Positions 48,223 to 57,807 of a stretch of DNA of 64,000 nucleotides are shown here, piece after piece; position 1 is the stretch's first letter, and every line of letters starts with the position of its first letter. The notes under the pieces are model-generated. The model saw only the letters and a list, made by a program, of their open reading frames with translations, was not told where the DNA came from and ran no database searches. The position numbers were made by a program, and so were the translations under genes. The DNA comes from Lachnospiraceae bacterium (lineage in GTDB: Bacteria; Bacillota; Clostridia; Lachnospirales; Lachnospiraceae): contig RYVZ01000019.1 of assembly GCA_003979345.1 (NCBI GenBank), forward strand, positions 499 through 64,498. Reading direction: 5' to 3'.

Positions 48223-49224
48223 TTATTCCGTTGTCTTCTCATACTGCCCCAGTATCCGCTGCAAAAAGACCCTGTATTCCTCCGATACCCTTGCAGGCGA
48301 CTCCACGCGCACTCCCGTTCCAAGTCCTGCAAGCCATCCGAAAAACTGATTGCTCACCATGATCGGCACGGAGATCGTAAACTGTCCGTCCGCCTTTCTG
48401 TGAAGCGGAATATCCTTTCCAAACCGGTCAAACACAACGCCGCTATAATGCTCGGCAAACCTAAGTGTTACCATTTCCTCTTCCCCCGCAAACATGCGGA
48501 ACGTTTTTTTGCAATATGCTGCCGGGTCAAACGCACGAAACTCTTCCTGCCCTTTTCGTTCATGATCGACTAATGTGATCCGCTGCATACGGTCCACCCT
48601 GTAATGCTTGATGATCCCTGCCTCATGATCATATGCGATCAGATAATAGCAGTCGTCATTCCATGTCAGCGCCCAGGGACTGACTTCATATGTTTTTCCT
48701 CCGCGCTTTAACCGCTCCTTCTTATCAGGCGTCATCTCCACGTACTGGAATGCGATCATGCATCCCCGGTCGATCGCCCGATAAATCTCATCCACCAGAT
48801 AATAAATGCTTTCATTCTCCGTTTTGACCCGGTTCGCAACAAAGACCTGACGCTGCAGCTGTCTGGCTTCATGCACACTTGCGAATCCCTCCAGCTTTTT
48901 AATGAATTCCCGTGACTTCTTTAATGTAATGAACTTTGAGGACTGCACCAGATCCACCAAAAGCTTCAGCTCAGGAAGCTCAAACTCCCGCCCGGCAAGA
49001 TAATAACCGCCCCCCTTTTTGGCGCGGTTCAAGATAATATCGTAACCAAATTCGCGCAGCACCTCAATATCGGCATAAACGGTCTTCCGCTCAACACTGA
49101 TATCCCGTGCCGCAAGGTATCGGATCACTTCCTGCGTTGAAACCGGGTGGGCTTCATCGGAATGCTCTTTTAACAATTGTAACAGATATAACAATTTCGC
49201 TTTCTGTTGTTCAGATTTTGGCAT
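48223..49224 (-). CDS. HTH + WYL domain transcriptional regulator
   Basis: N-terminal winged HTH (KAKLLYLLQLLKEHSDEAHPVSTQEVIRYL), central WYL-like beta domain (CYYLIAYDHEAGIIKHYRVDRM) and a C-terminal extension. Confidence 0.85.
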   Translation of the reverse strand: MPKSEQQKAKLLYLLQLLKEHSDEAHPVSTQEVIRYLAARDISVERKTVYADIEVLREFGYDIILNRAKKGGGYYLAGREFELPELKLLVDLVQSSKFITLKKSREFIKKLEGFASVHEARQLQRQVFVANRVKTENESIYYLVDEIYRAIDRGCMIAFQYVEMTPDKKERLKRGGKTYEVSPWALTWNDDCYYLIAYDHEAGIIKHYRVDRMQRITLVDHERKGQEEFRAFDPAAYCKKTFRMFAGEEEMVTLRFAEHYSGVVFDRFGKDIPLHRKADGQFTISVPIMVSNQFFGWLAGLGTGVRVESPARVSEEYRVFLQRILGQYEKTTE

Positions 49225-49300
49225 GTCGGTTCCCTTTCAAAATCTCCCGTTCGTTTATTGGCTCCGCTCCAAAGAACATGTTTGCGACGCCCTCTGTCCG

Positions 49301-49330
49301 AAAAAAAAGCACCCCGTGAAAGGGTGCTTT
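49301..49330 (-). terminator. strong rho-independent terminator
   Basis: The minus strand reads AAGCACCC-TTTCAC-GGGGTGC followed by TTTTTTTT, 10 nt after the stop of the 54-aa ORF. Confidence 0.8.
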
Positions 49331-49339
49331 CGCTTCCGC

Positions 49340-49504
49340 TTATTCGCCCTGTTCCGAAACGGGCTGTTCACCTGATCCGGCAACAGATTTGGCACTCTTT
49401 TTCTTATTCCACAAAAGTCCGCAGAAAATGCCAACTCCCGCAACCGCAACATATACAACAAATACAAGCACATAGCTGAAGAACATTCTAAAAAATTCAA
49501 CCAT
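49340..49504 (-). CDS. unlisted 54-aa single-TM small protein
   Basis: Hand translation gives MVEFFRMFFSYVLVFVVYVAVAGVGIFCGLLWNKKKSAKSVAGSGEQPVSEQGE. It has one TM helix plus a KKK anchor and its own terminator. It is in a different frame from the listed ORF 49255..49500. Confidence 0.5.
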   Translation of the reverse strand: MVEFFRMFFSYVLVFVVYVAVAGVGIFCGLLWNKKKSAKSVAGSGEQPVSEQGE

Positions 49505-49639
49505 ATTACCCACGCCTTGTCATCTCCTCTCCATGTATCATGTCATGGGATATTCCATTTCATATCAATGCCCCGCTCCGTCATGCACCTAATCCGATGC
49601 CTGCCCGTTTCATGCATTGATCACTTTCTACATAGCATA

Positions 49640-50116
49640 TCATTCTGCCTGCGAATCGTCAAGTAGATCCTCACCGTCCGCTGCCGTAGTCGCAAGGACA
49701 TCACAGCGTTCATTCTCGGGATGACCTGCATGCCCCTTTACCCAGACAAATGCCACCTGATGCGGTCCTGCTGCCTTTAAGAGCCTTTTCCACAGATCCA
49801 TATTTTTGACCGGCTGTTTCTGGCTGTTTTTCCAACCGTTTTTCAGCCAGCTTCCAACCCAGTTTTGATTGAACGCATCGGTCAGATATTTGGAATCCGA
49901 GTAAAGCGTTACATCACACGGCTTTGTCAGCGCCTCTAAGCCGATGATCGCAGCCATCAGCTCCATACGGTTATTTGTTGTCTTTTTGTACCCCGCACTG
50001 TACTCGCGTTCATGCACGGTTCCCTTGGTATCCACAAAACGCAGCAGTGTTCCGTAGCCTCCCGGTCCGTCCGGATTTCCCCTTGCCGCACCGTCCGTAT
50101 AAATCGTTACTTTCAT
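49640..50116 (-). CDS. rnhA: ribonuclease HI
   Basis: [16 protein letters not shown]-type N-terminus, NNRMEL, SDSKY and [17 protein letters not shown] lies 5 nt before the ATG at 50116. Confidence 0.92.
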   Translation of the reverse strand: MKVTIYTDGAARGNPDGPGGYGTLLRFVDTKGTVHEREYSAGYKKTTNNRMELMAAIIGLEALTKPCDVTLYSDSKYLTDAFNQNWVGSWLKNGWKNSQKQPVKNMDLWKRLLKAAGPHQVAFVWVKGHAGHPENERCDVLATTAADGEDLLDDSQAE

Positions 50117-50197
50117 GATAACCTCCATGATTCCGCTTTGCGGAATCTCAAAGCCGGATGAAAAACGTCTGCCTTTTGGCGTTTTTCGTAGAATGAT

Positions 50198-51937
50198 TTA
50201 GATTTTCTTAGCAGGCGTATTTTGACTGCTTAGAAAATCTTCATTCTTTTCACACTCTTGCCACACGCCGGTCGCCACAAACTGTTCGGCAAGCCGCTCC
50301 GCACGTTCAATGATCTGCTCCTGATAACCCATGATCTCTAAAAGTCTGATCGCGTTTCGTGTTGTCGCGCGTCCGCTGCGCAGTTCATAATTAAAATGAA
50401 TATCACCGTCCGAGACATCCTCCTCAAAATGATAATTATCATAATCCTGCTCCAGCAAATGAGACAGTTCAATATCATGCGTCGCTGCAAAACAGCGCAC
50501 GCCGGACTCTGCAAAGTATTTCATGATCTGTGTTGACGCTGCGATCCGCTCCACGGTATTCGTACCGCGCAGCACCTCGTCAATGAAGCAGAATACCGGT
50601 TCTGCCTCTTCCTCCTTCGCCGCGTCCAAAATCCGCTTTAGTGCGCGGATCTCAACCATGTAATAACTCTCGCCAGTGTCTAAATCGTCCCTGAGCGCCA
50701 TGGAAGTATATACGCGGCAATACGATGTCTCACAATGCGCGGCAAGCACCGTATTGATGCTTTGTGCCAAAATAGCATTCAACGCAACCGATTTTAAGAA
50801 CGTTGATTTTCCAGAAGCGTTCGATCCCGTCACCAGAACGCCTCCTTCCGCCGAGAAGCTGCACGCCACCGGTTGTTCGATCAGCGGATGATACAGCTTT
50901 TCACACGAAAAACTGCCGTTTGCAAGAAATTGCGGAATACAACAATATGGGAGGCTTTTTCTATATTCCCCCACAATGAGCAGATACTCCAGATATCCTG
51001 CCTGCGTATAGAGCAAATCAATCTCTTTTGTCTTTTTTCGTACTGCCGAAAGCATGGCATTAAACGAGATCAGATTGATATGCGTGATCATTTTGATGTA
51101 ATCCATAAGGGATGACATGATATCTCCCTGCTTGGTATTTGCTTTTGACATAAAAAGAGCATGACGAGTGATCGGGCGCAAATTCTTCACATTGTCCGTC
51201 ATCGTCCGAATATAATCTTCCATCTCCTTCGCAGGATGTTCCGTCAAAGTCTCCACACCGGATATAAAACGGAGTATAAATGCAAAACTGACAAGATATG
51301 GCTCATCTTCACTGTGTTCTTTCAGATAGGTTGCGATTTGATAGATCATCAACATGACAAAGATCGTAAGCCCGACAGACGGTTCCAAAAATAGCGCGGC
51401 AGCCGCCGCGATAACATACAGGAAAAGTGCCAGATAATGTTTGGTGTTTTTTCGCTCACCCAGATTTTCCAGAAAATCCAGGTACTGATAGAGCGAGTAC
51501 TTCCCGGTATATCCGATTTTGGCAAACATCATCTGTAAACGCACGCGCTCTTCCTCATGCTCCATAAGATATGAGATCATAGATTCCTCATTCTCGTGCA
51601 TCTGCTCTCCTGCCGACATATCAGGACAGCGCAGGCGGTAATATAAATATTCCTCCCCGCAGGAAGAATGCGCATAGTTCACCCTTTGAAAGAGCTTGTC
51701 CATGTTTAGATCATTCCATGTAATGTCGTCCACTGCATAAGGTTTCCGGTGCTTATCAAAATATCTTCCGATATACGCATAGCGTTCCGGCACTTTTACA
51801 TGATCACGCGGCTGACCGTATTCCGTTCTCAGGCGCTGCTCAAACTCTTTAAGGCGCTTCTTAAAATCCAGCATTCCCTTGAAATAGAAAACGATCAAAA
51901 ATACAACCAGCACTCCTAAAAAAACAATGACTTCCAT
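50198..51937 (-). CDS. MutS-related ATPase (domain V only) with N-terminal and internal TM helices
   Basis: Walker A GSNASGKST and Walker B FIDEVLRGTNT. No mismatch-binding domain I is present. Hydrophobic helices lie at the N-terminus and around residues 165-200. Confidence 0.85.
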   Translation of the reverse strand: MEVIVFLGVLVVFLIVFYFKGMLDFKKRLKEFEQRLRTEYGQPRDHVKVPERYAYIGRYFDKHRKPYAVDDITWNDLNMDKLFQRVNYAHSSCGEEYLYYRLRCPDMSAGEQMHENEESMISYLMEHEEERVRLQMMFAKIGYTGKYSLYQYLDFLENLGERKNTKHYLALFLYVIAAAAALFLEPSVGLTIFVMLMIYQIATYLKEHSEDEPYLVSFAFILRFISGVETLTEHPAKEMEDYIRTMTDNVKNLRPITRHALFMSKANTKQGDIMSSLMDYIKMITHINLISFNAMLSAVRKKTKEIDLLYTQAGYLEYLLIVGEYRKSLPYCCIPQFLANGSFSCEKLYHPLIEQPVACSFSAEGGVLVTGSNASGKSTFLKSVALNAILAQSINTVLAAHCETSYCRVYTSMALRDDLDTGESYYMVEIRALKRILDAAKEEEAEPVFCFIDEVLRGTNTVERIAASTQIMKYFAESGVRCFAATHDIELSHLLEQDYDNYHFEEDVSDGDIHFNYELRSGRATTRNAIRLLEIMGYQEQIIERAERLAEQFVATGVWQECEKNEDFLSSQNTPAKKI

Positions 51938-52026
51938 TGATGCTCTCCTTATGCCCTATTTTCACTCCATCATACCGGTTCCTGCCTGATACAAACACCC
52001 TGCGACATGCCCTTCAAGACAAATGC

Positions 52027-53382
52027 TCACTTTCTGCGCACGATCCGGTCCGCAATACGCTCGATTTGTCCGTACAGATCATCCCTGTCCAGATTCAAAA
52101 AATACTGCCCGTCCTCATACAGAATCCTGCCATCCACCATCGTCATGCGCACGTCCCGCTTACTCCCGCTGTAAACCAGATTCGCCGCAAATTTATCCGG
52201 TTCCAGGTTTCCTTTTTCAGTTGCATGCAGCGGGCGCATTTCCGGCTGCTTCATGTCAATACGGATCACATCGGCTTTCGCGCCTTCTTTCAGAACACCG
52301 CAGTCAGGCAGTCCCATGATACGCGCACCATTGACACAAACCATTTTCAAGATCTGCATCGGCGGGACCGCAGCCGGCTCCTGCTCCCGCCATTTAGCAA
52401 GCACGGACAGTAAATACATTTCCTTAAAGAAATCCAGCCCGTTATTGCTCGCCGGCCCGTCCGTACCGACCGCGACACAGATTCCTCTCTTTACAAGTTC
52501 TTTTACCGGTGCAATGCCGCTCATAAGCTTCATATTAGACGCCGGATTTGTCACGACACCAACGCCTTTCCGTGCCAGAATTTCCATATCTTCTTCGGAA
52601 ATATGCACGCAGTGATACCCGGCACCCCCATACTCAAACATACCGATAGCTGAAAGGAATTGAACCGGCGACATGCCGTGGCGCTTTCTGCATTCTTCCA
52701 CTTCCTTTTCGGTCTCCGATAAATGCATATACACGGGCGCCCTGTATTTTTCAGATAAAGCTGCGATTTCTTCAAGCAGTTTTTTGTCCGTGGTGTACTC
52801 AGCATGAAAGCCGAGCCGGTATCCTATCAGCGGATGCAGCTCATTCAGCCGCAGAAAATAATCCTCAAGCTGCGATACAGAATGCGTAAAATTGTTAACC
52901 GTTCCGCACTGGACACAGCGCATGCCGGTTTCAATAAACGCCCCGGCGGTCTCATCCGGCGCCAGATACATATCGAACACTGACGTGATACCGCCGGATA
53001 CATACTCCATAATAGCAAGTTTGGTTAATATCTGAATATCCTGCGGCGTCAGCAATGCCTCGCGCGGAAATATCTGCTGATTCAGCCATTCGGAAAGAGG
53101 CAGATCGTCTGCCGCGGAGCGCAGAAGCGTCATGCCGGAGTGCGCATGCGCGTTTTGAAATCCCGGCATCAACACATCTCCCGCACAGTCGATCTCACGG
53201 TCAAACCCATGCGGCAATACCCCGCATTGCTCCATCAGCCATGCCCTCTCCCTGTCATCCGCAGGCTGGCCGACGTAGACGATCCGGTCATCACGAACCC
53301 ACAGCTCGTGTCTTTCATATTCCTCCTCCTGTTCTTCCATCGTCAGCACAAATGCATGAAAAAAACGCAGATTCACCGGCAC
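52027..53382 (-). CDS. amidohydrolase-family deaminase (MtaD / 5-methylthioadenosine-S-adenosylhomocysteine deaminase-like)
   Basis: Metal motif PGFQNAHAHSGMT, later H and D ligands (HLSE, VGTDG). It starts at a GTG, either 53382 or 53376. Confidence 0.85.
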   Translation of the reverse strand: MPVNLRFFHAFVLTMEEQEEEYERHELWVRDDRIVYVGQPADDRERAWLMEQCGVLPHGFDREIDCAGDVLMPGFQNAHAHSGMTLLRSAADDLPLSEWLNQQIFPREALLTPQDIQILTKLAIMEYVSGGITSVFDMYLAPDETAGAFIETGMRCVQCGTVNNFTHSVSQLEDYFLRLNELHPLIGYRLGFHAEYTTDKKLLEEIAALSEKYRAPVYMHLSETEKEVEECRKRHGMSPVQFLSAIGMFEYGGAGYHCVHISEEDMEILARKGVGVVTNPASNMKLMSGIAPVKELVKRGICVAVGTDGPASNNGLDFFKEMYLLSVLAKWREQEPAAVPPMQILKMVCVNGARIMGLPDCGVLKEGAKADVIRIDMKQPEMRPLHATEKGNLEPDKFAANLVYSGSKRDVRMTMVDGRILYEDGQYFLNLDRDDLYGQIERIADRIVRRK

Positions 53383-53454
53383 ACCCCCTTTTCAAAGCCG
53401 GAACCGTTTTCTGTTTATTCCTACGGCAAAGAGCCAGGCGCCGCCCGACCGCCT

Positions 53455-53877
53455 TTACGCAAGCTGGGCCGGTCCGAAGCTCTCCGGCAGCAGTTCACCG
53501 AGCGTCCATTCCCTGTAATCTTCTTCAGAACGCGCACAGATTACAACAAATTGTGACACTTCAACAAACTCACGCAATACCTGACGGCAGACGCCGCACG
53601 GATATGCATAGTCACCCGACGGTTTCTCTTCTTTTCCCCCAACGACTGCAATTGCCTGAAAAGTCCGGCAGCCCTCGGATACAGCCTTAAAAACTGCCGT
53701 ACGCTCCGCACAGTTCGTTGGCGTGTAAGCAGCATTCTCAATATTGCATCCCCTGAAGATCCTGCCGTCTTCCGCAAGCAGCGCCGCACCGACACGATAA
53801 CCGGAATACGGACTGTAAGAATTCTCCCGCGCTAAAAGCGCCTCTCTGATCAATTGCTTTTTTTGTTGTTCTGTCAC
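53455..53877 (-). CDS. cdd: cytidine deaminase
   Basis: Zinc motifs CAERTA and PCGVCRQ. The GTG start overlaps the upstream stop (GTGA). Confidence 0.92.
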   Translation of the reverse strand: MTEQQKKQLIREALLARENSYSPYSGYRVGAALLAEDGRIFRGCNIENAAYTPTNCAERTAVFKAVSEGCRTFQAIAVVGGKEEKPSGDYAYPCGVCRQVLREFVEVSQFVVICARSEEDYREWTLGELLPESFGPAQLA

Positions 53878-54704
53878 ACAAAATCCTCCACACAGGCACT
53901 GACAAGTGTCTCAAAAAGCGGTGCCGTCGCTTTCCCCGCCGCCTGTACTTCTTCATGTGACAGCGGATGTTTACTGATACCCGCCGCCAGATTGCAGATG
54001 CAGGAAATGCCGCAGATCCTCATTCCCATATGTTTTGCCGCGATCGCTTCTACGACCGTGCTCATACCGACTGCGTCCACACCGAGCTGCTTTAACATCA
54101 TGATCTCTGCGGGAGACTCGAATGAGGGGCCGGTCAATTGCGCATAGACTCCCTCCTTGAGCAGAATGCCGCGCGAAGAGGCATTTTTACGAATCAGGCG
54201 TGCCAGTTCGTGGTCATACACCTCCGTCATATCCGGAAACCGTTCTCCCAGTTCATCAATATTTTTTCCAATCAGCGGATTCGGCGCAAAACAGGAAATA
54301 TGGTCGCGGATCAGCATAAAATCACCCGCCGCCATACCGTCCTGCAGTCCGCCTGATGCGTTCGTTAAAAAAAGAATCTTCGCGCCCATAAGCTTCATCA
54401 GCCGGATCGGGAGCACCACATCGGAAATATCATATCCCTCATAATAATGTACGCGCCCCTGCATACAGACGACCGGAACCGCGCCGACATAGCCGAACAG
54501 GAACTGCCCTTTATGTCCCGCAACGGTAGATACCGGAAAGCCCTCGATCTCCTGATAGGGAATCGCGGTCTCCAGCCTGATCTTTTCCCCGTAATTACCG
54601 AGCCCCGATCCGAGCACCAGTGCGACTTTCGGCATAAAGTCCGTTTTCTTGCGGATACACGCAAGACAGTTCATCAGTTTTTCGTAGATTTCATTCTCTG
54701 TCAT
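53874..54704 (-). CDS. punA: purine nucleoside phosphorylase (PunA type)
   Basis: VLGSGLG phosphate-binding motif and the GHKGQFLFG / MQGRVHYYEG pattern. GGAGG precedes the ATG at 54704. Confidence 0.9.
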   Translation of the reverse strand: MTENEIYEKLMNCLACIRKKTDFMPKVALVLGSGLGNYGEKIRLETAIPYQEIEGFPVSTVAGHKGQFLFGYVGAVPVVCMQGRVHYYEGYDISDVVLPIRLMKLMGAKILFLTNASGGLQDGMAAGDFMLIRDHISCFAPNPLIGKNIDELGERFPDMTEVYDHELARLIRKNASSRGILLKEGVYAQLTGPSFESPAEIMMLKQLGVDAVGMSTVVEAIAAKHMGMRICGISCICNLAAGISKHPLSHEEVQAAGKATAPLFETLVSACVEDFV

Positions 54705-54830
54705 AATCATCCTCCATACCGGAGCATATTCACACAGGCATGTAAACCGGATATCAGATTTAGCTCTGCGGTTCAAATTCGTGGCTCCGGCACAAATTTT
54801 ATCCTGCCGCACAGCAGCCATGCCTGCTGT

Positions 54831-55985
54831 TTACTTCGCCGCAAGATATGCTTTGAGATAGCTCGTGAGCACCCCTGCCGCTGCTTCATGACTCTTCTTT
54901 CCCGGATGTTCGCGGGAACCAACCGTTTCCGCAGTCGTATCCGGTAACAGCACAAACGCTACATTCGTGTCCTCTGACTTCGCACTGTAGGTATGTATTG
55001 CATGCCCGATCAGATTTATCATCGGTGCGCCGATCATCCCGTATGTCCAGACCAAATGTGCGTCAGGATGATATTTTCGCAATTTGTACAGAAAGTCAAT
55101 AACCGCCTGCTCAAAACGCTGCGCATCTTCTTTTACAAAAGAACCATCGTCATTCCTATGCTGCTTAAAGGTCTGTCCGGTCGTTTCATCCCGCCATTCC
55201 GGCTGTTCAAACGCAGACATATCGTTTGTTCCGAGATTGATCACGACTGCATCCGGCTGCCAGGATGAAAAGTCATAGTCCGCGCCAGCACCGAGCGCCT
55301 CATTGCGCGCGCCTTTTAATACGCCGCATACTTTCTCATAATAAAGCGGAAGTGCGTGGCGCGGGTCATTGTCCCATCCGGTCAACGTCCCCCAGCCGCT
55401 CTGCGACAGGATATGGCATTCCGCATCGCAGGCATCGCTGACAAGCGTTGCATAATCATGGACACTTGAAAAGAACATAGAAATCCAGTCCCACTCTTTT
55501 TTCGCGCCGATCGTCCCCTCGCCGGAAGTAATGCTGTCTCCGATAAACTCCAGTTTATATTTTCGCCCCTCAACCGGATGAAGGCTTCCGTCCGTGCGGA
55601 TACCACGGATCAAAAAACATGCGCCGTCATCATCCGACATTGCCTGCACATCCTTCATCAGACGGACATTCTTTATTTCCTGCGGATTCATATTGCGGAA
55701 CAGACAAATTTCACTGCGCCCTTTCGGCAGCATCTGACGACTGACATGCGCGCCGTTTACAAGCACGCTCATCCACTGTTCATGGCAGTCGTAATCGGTC
55801 TCAACATCCACCCAAAGTTCAGACGCCTGAACATTTAACTCTATGCCGGAACCTGTCCAAAACAGCGCAAGCGGGTCAAGCCTTCCGCTGCTTCTTCCCC
55901 ATATTCTCATATTGACCGTTCCAATTTCGGAAAGCTGATAGGTCATCTGTTCACTCATACCGTACTCCTTTCTAAGTTCTTCCAT
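54831..55985 (-). CDS. SGNH/GDSL hydrolase with N-terminal beta-sandwich (CE2-like acetyl esterase)
   Basis: Block I FIGDSITSG, block III NLGTNDM, C-terminal His (REHPG). Confidence 0.8.
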   Translation of the reverse strand: MEELRKEYGMSEQMTYQLSEIGTVNMRIWGRSSGRLDPLALFWTGSGIELNVQASELWVDVETDYDCHEQWMSVLVNGAHVSRQMLPKGRSEICLFRNMNPQEIKNVRLMKDVQAMSDDDGACFLIRGIRTDGSLHPVEGRKYKLEFIGDSITSGEGTIGAKKEWDWISMFFSSVHDYATLVSDACDAECHILSQSGWGTLTGWDNDPRHALPLYYEKVCGVLKGARNEALGAGADYDFSSWQPDAVVINLGTNDMSAFEQPEWRDETTGQTFKQHRNDDGSFVKEDAQRFEQAVIDFLYKLRKYHPDAHLVWTYGMIGAPMINLIGHAIHTYSAKSEDTNVAFVLLPDTTAETVGSREHPGKKSHEAAAGVLTSYLKAYLAAK

Positions 55986-56123
55986 TTCCTCTTCTTAGAC
56001 TTTTCCCAATCGCCTGCTGCCATCTTATAGATGATACCATTATACCCAATCTGCCCTTTCGTTTCAATCATTCCACAAGAAATAATCAGCAATCTCCACG
56101 CCGTTTTGAACACAATAAACAGA

Positions 56124-56151
56124 CAGCCCGGCGCTAACTTACGCCGGGCTG
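56124..56151 (-). terminator. terminator after the GNAT gene
   Basis: CAGCCCGGCG-N8-CGCCGGGCTG 10-bp GC-rich stem followed by a T-rich tract on the minus strand. Confidence 0.65.
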
Positions 56152-56207
56152 CCCGTTTCTATGATATGAAAAATAAGGAGGCTTGTGGACTGACAACCTA
56201 AAAATCC

Positions 56208-56963
56208 TTACCTGTAAACTTTGAATCCCATCGACTGGTAGATTCTTCGCGCCGCCGCGTCAACGGCACGAACCGTAACGATGAACGCACCATCGGAAAA
56301 AGCATCCGTTACGGCTTTCTCACATACTGCTTTTGCAAACCCTCTTCTGCGCATTTCAGGAATTGTGGCAACAAATTCAAGGGATACGGCTCCATGATCG
56401 TTCATAGTCGCAGCTATAGAAACCGGTGTGTTGCCATGGTACAAGATATAGCATTTCATCAGTCCTTCTTCACACAGATGATAATGGTACACAGGATGCA
56501 TGTCTGGTTTTCCTCCTGCCAGAACATCATTTGCAATACGTGCCCACACCGCAAACTCTTCGGCTGTACGTACCTGAATGATTTCATCGTTCCCTTCCTG
56601 ATATTCTCTTTTTTCTTCGAGAAGAAGCGCCAGATAAGATTCGCCGTCCTCATCATACTCCGTCTGATCATGCTTACCTTCTTTTCCCGAGAATAAAGAA
56701 GCAGTCTCAGCGGATATCAGCAGATCAAGCCAGATTGGCATCTGCATGGCTTTCATTTCATCAATGACCATCTTTTTCTGTTCAGTCGGAAGATCTTCAA
56801 TATGAACACGATATATAAAAGAAATACCATGTTCTCCCTCTTTGGGTTTCACGTATGAGTAAAATTCCGTATCTACTTTTTGCATATGGACCGCCTCTCC
56901 AAATAAGCTGACGTAAAAATCGGCCCCGCTGCTGATATATTGCTTGATTTCTCTGTCTGTCAT
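56208..56963 (-). CDS. GNAT-family acetyltransferase (C-terminal GNAT, N-terminal unknown domain)
   Basis: Motif A RRRGFAKAVCEKAV. The start is uncertain (56963, 56972 or 57002). Confidence 0.7.
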   Translation of the reverse strand: MTDREIKQYISSGADFYVSLFGEAVHMQKVDTEFYSYVKPKEGEHGISFIYRVHIEDLPTEQKKMVIDEMKAMQMPIWLDLLISAETASLFSGKEGKHDQTEYDEDGESYLALLLEEKREYQEGNDEIIQVRTAEEFAVWARIANDVLAGGKPDMHPVYHYHLCEEGLMKCYILYHGNTPVSIAATMNDHGAVSLEFVATIPEMRRRGFAKAVCEKAVTDAFSDGAFIVTVRAVDAAARRIYQSMGFKVYR

Positions 56964-57072
56964 AATCTGCATCCTTTTATCATCTGAATCGTTCTGTAAC
57001 ACAGCCTATCAAAAAATCAATCGTTGATGTACCTTTTGACACGAATGGTCATTTATATGCACGAACGGTTTC

Positions 57073-57807
57073 TTATGCATTCAGGGGGATCATGATCTCA
57101 GTAGCAAAAATTCCCTCCTCGTTCTGCCTGTTCACATACCCGCCATATTTCTCTGCAATGCGGTCAACTCGGAAAATACCATAGCCGTGGGAATCTCCCT
57201 GCTTCGTTGTCAGGTATTTCCCTCCCGATTTTCTGACTTCTCCTGCCGAATTCTGTACCGACAAGTAAAACTGATTTTTGATCGCTCCGATATATACCCT
57301 CAGAAAGCGCTCTGTCTGCGGAAGCTTTGCACATGCCTCCAGCGCATTGTCAAGCAGGTTTCCCATAACCGCGCATAATTCCACATCGGAGAGCCGGATT
57401 TTTGCCGGAATCCCCGCCTTCACATTCGTCCAGACCCCCATTTTCTCCGCAGTGGTAAGTTTGGTATTGAGCACGGCATCCGCCATAACGTTCCCTGTTT
57501 TGACGACCGTATCGACCACATTCAGATCTTCCGCAAGCTCTGAAAGGTACTGATCCAGCGCGTCATAATTCCCCTCTGCGAGCTGGATTTTCATATTTTG
57601 AATATGGTTACGGTAATCATGCCGCCAGCCCCTGACCTGTTTATACATATTCTGTGTCTCGCGGATCTGATTTTCGATCAGCTCACTTTGAAAGCGCTCA
57701 ATACGACGGTCAATCAAACGATACAGGATCCGTCTCAGAATAAAAAATCCGGCAGTAAAAATTACCAATGCCAACAATAAAATCACCGCTGCTACTATGA
57801 AATTCAT
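57073..57807 (-). CDS. short GHKL sensor histidine kinase (HPK10/AgrC-LytS type), single TM helix
   Basis: Phospho-His region WRHDYRNH, N-box GNLLDNALEA, G-box SHGYGIF. Its ATG overlaps the regulator stop (ATGA). Confidence 0.8.
   Translation of the reverse strand: MNFIVAAVILLLALVIFTAGFFILRRILYRLIDRRIERFQSELIENQIRETQNMYKQVRGWRHDYRNHIQNMKIQLAEGNYDALDQYLSELAEDLNVVDTVVKTGNVMADAVLNTKLTTAEKMGVWTNVKAGIPAKIRLSDVELCAVMGNLLDNALEACAKLPQTERFLRVYIGAIKNQFYLSVQNSAGEVRKSGGKYLTTKQGDSHGYGIFRVDRIAEKYGGYVNRQNEEGIFATEIMIPLNA

Noticed and set aside
49255-49500. Listed 81-aa ORF
   Set aside because: It runs through the strong terminator hairpin (49301-49330) and has an implausible composition. The overlapping 54-aa TM ORF in another frame explains the locus better.
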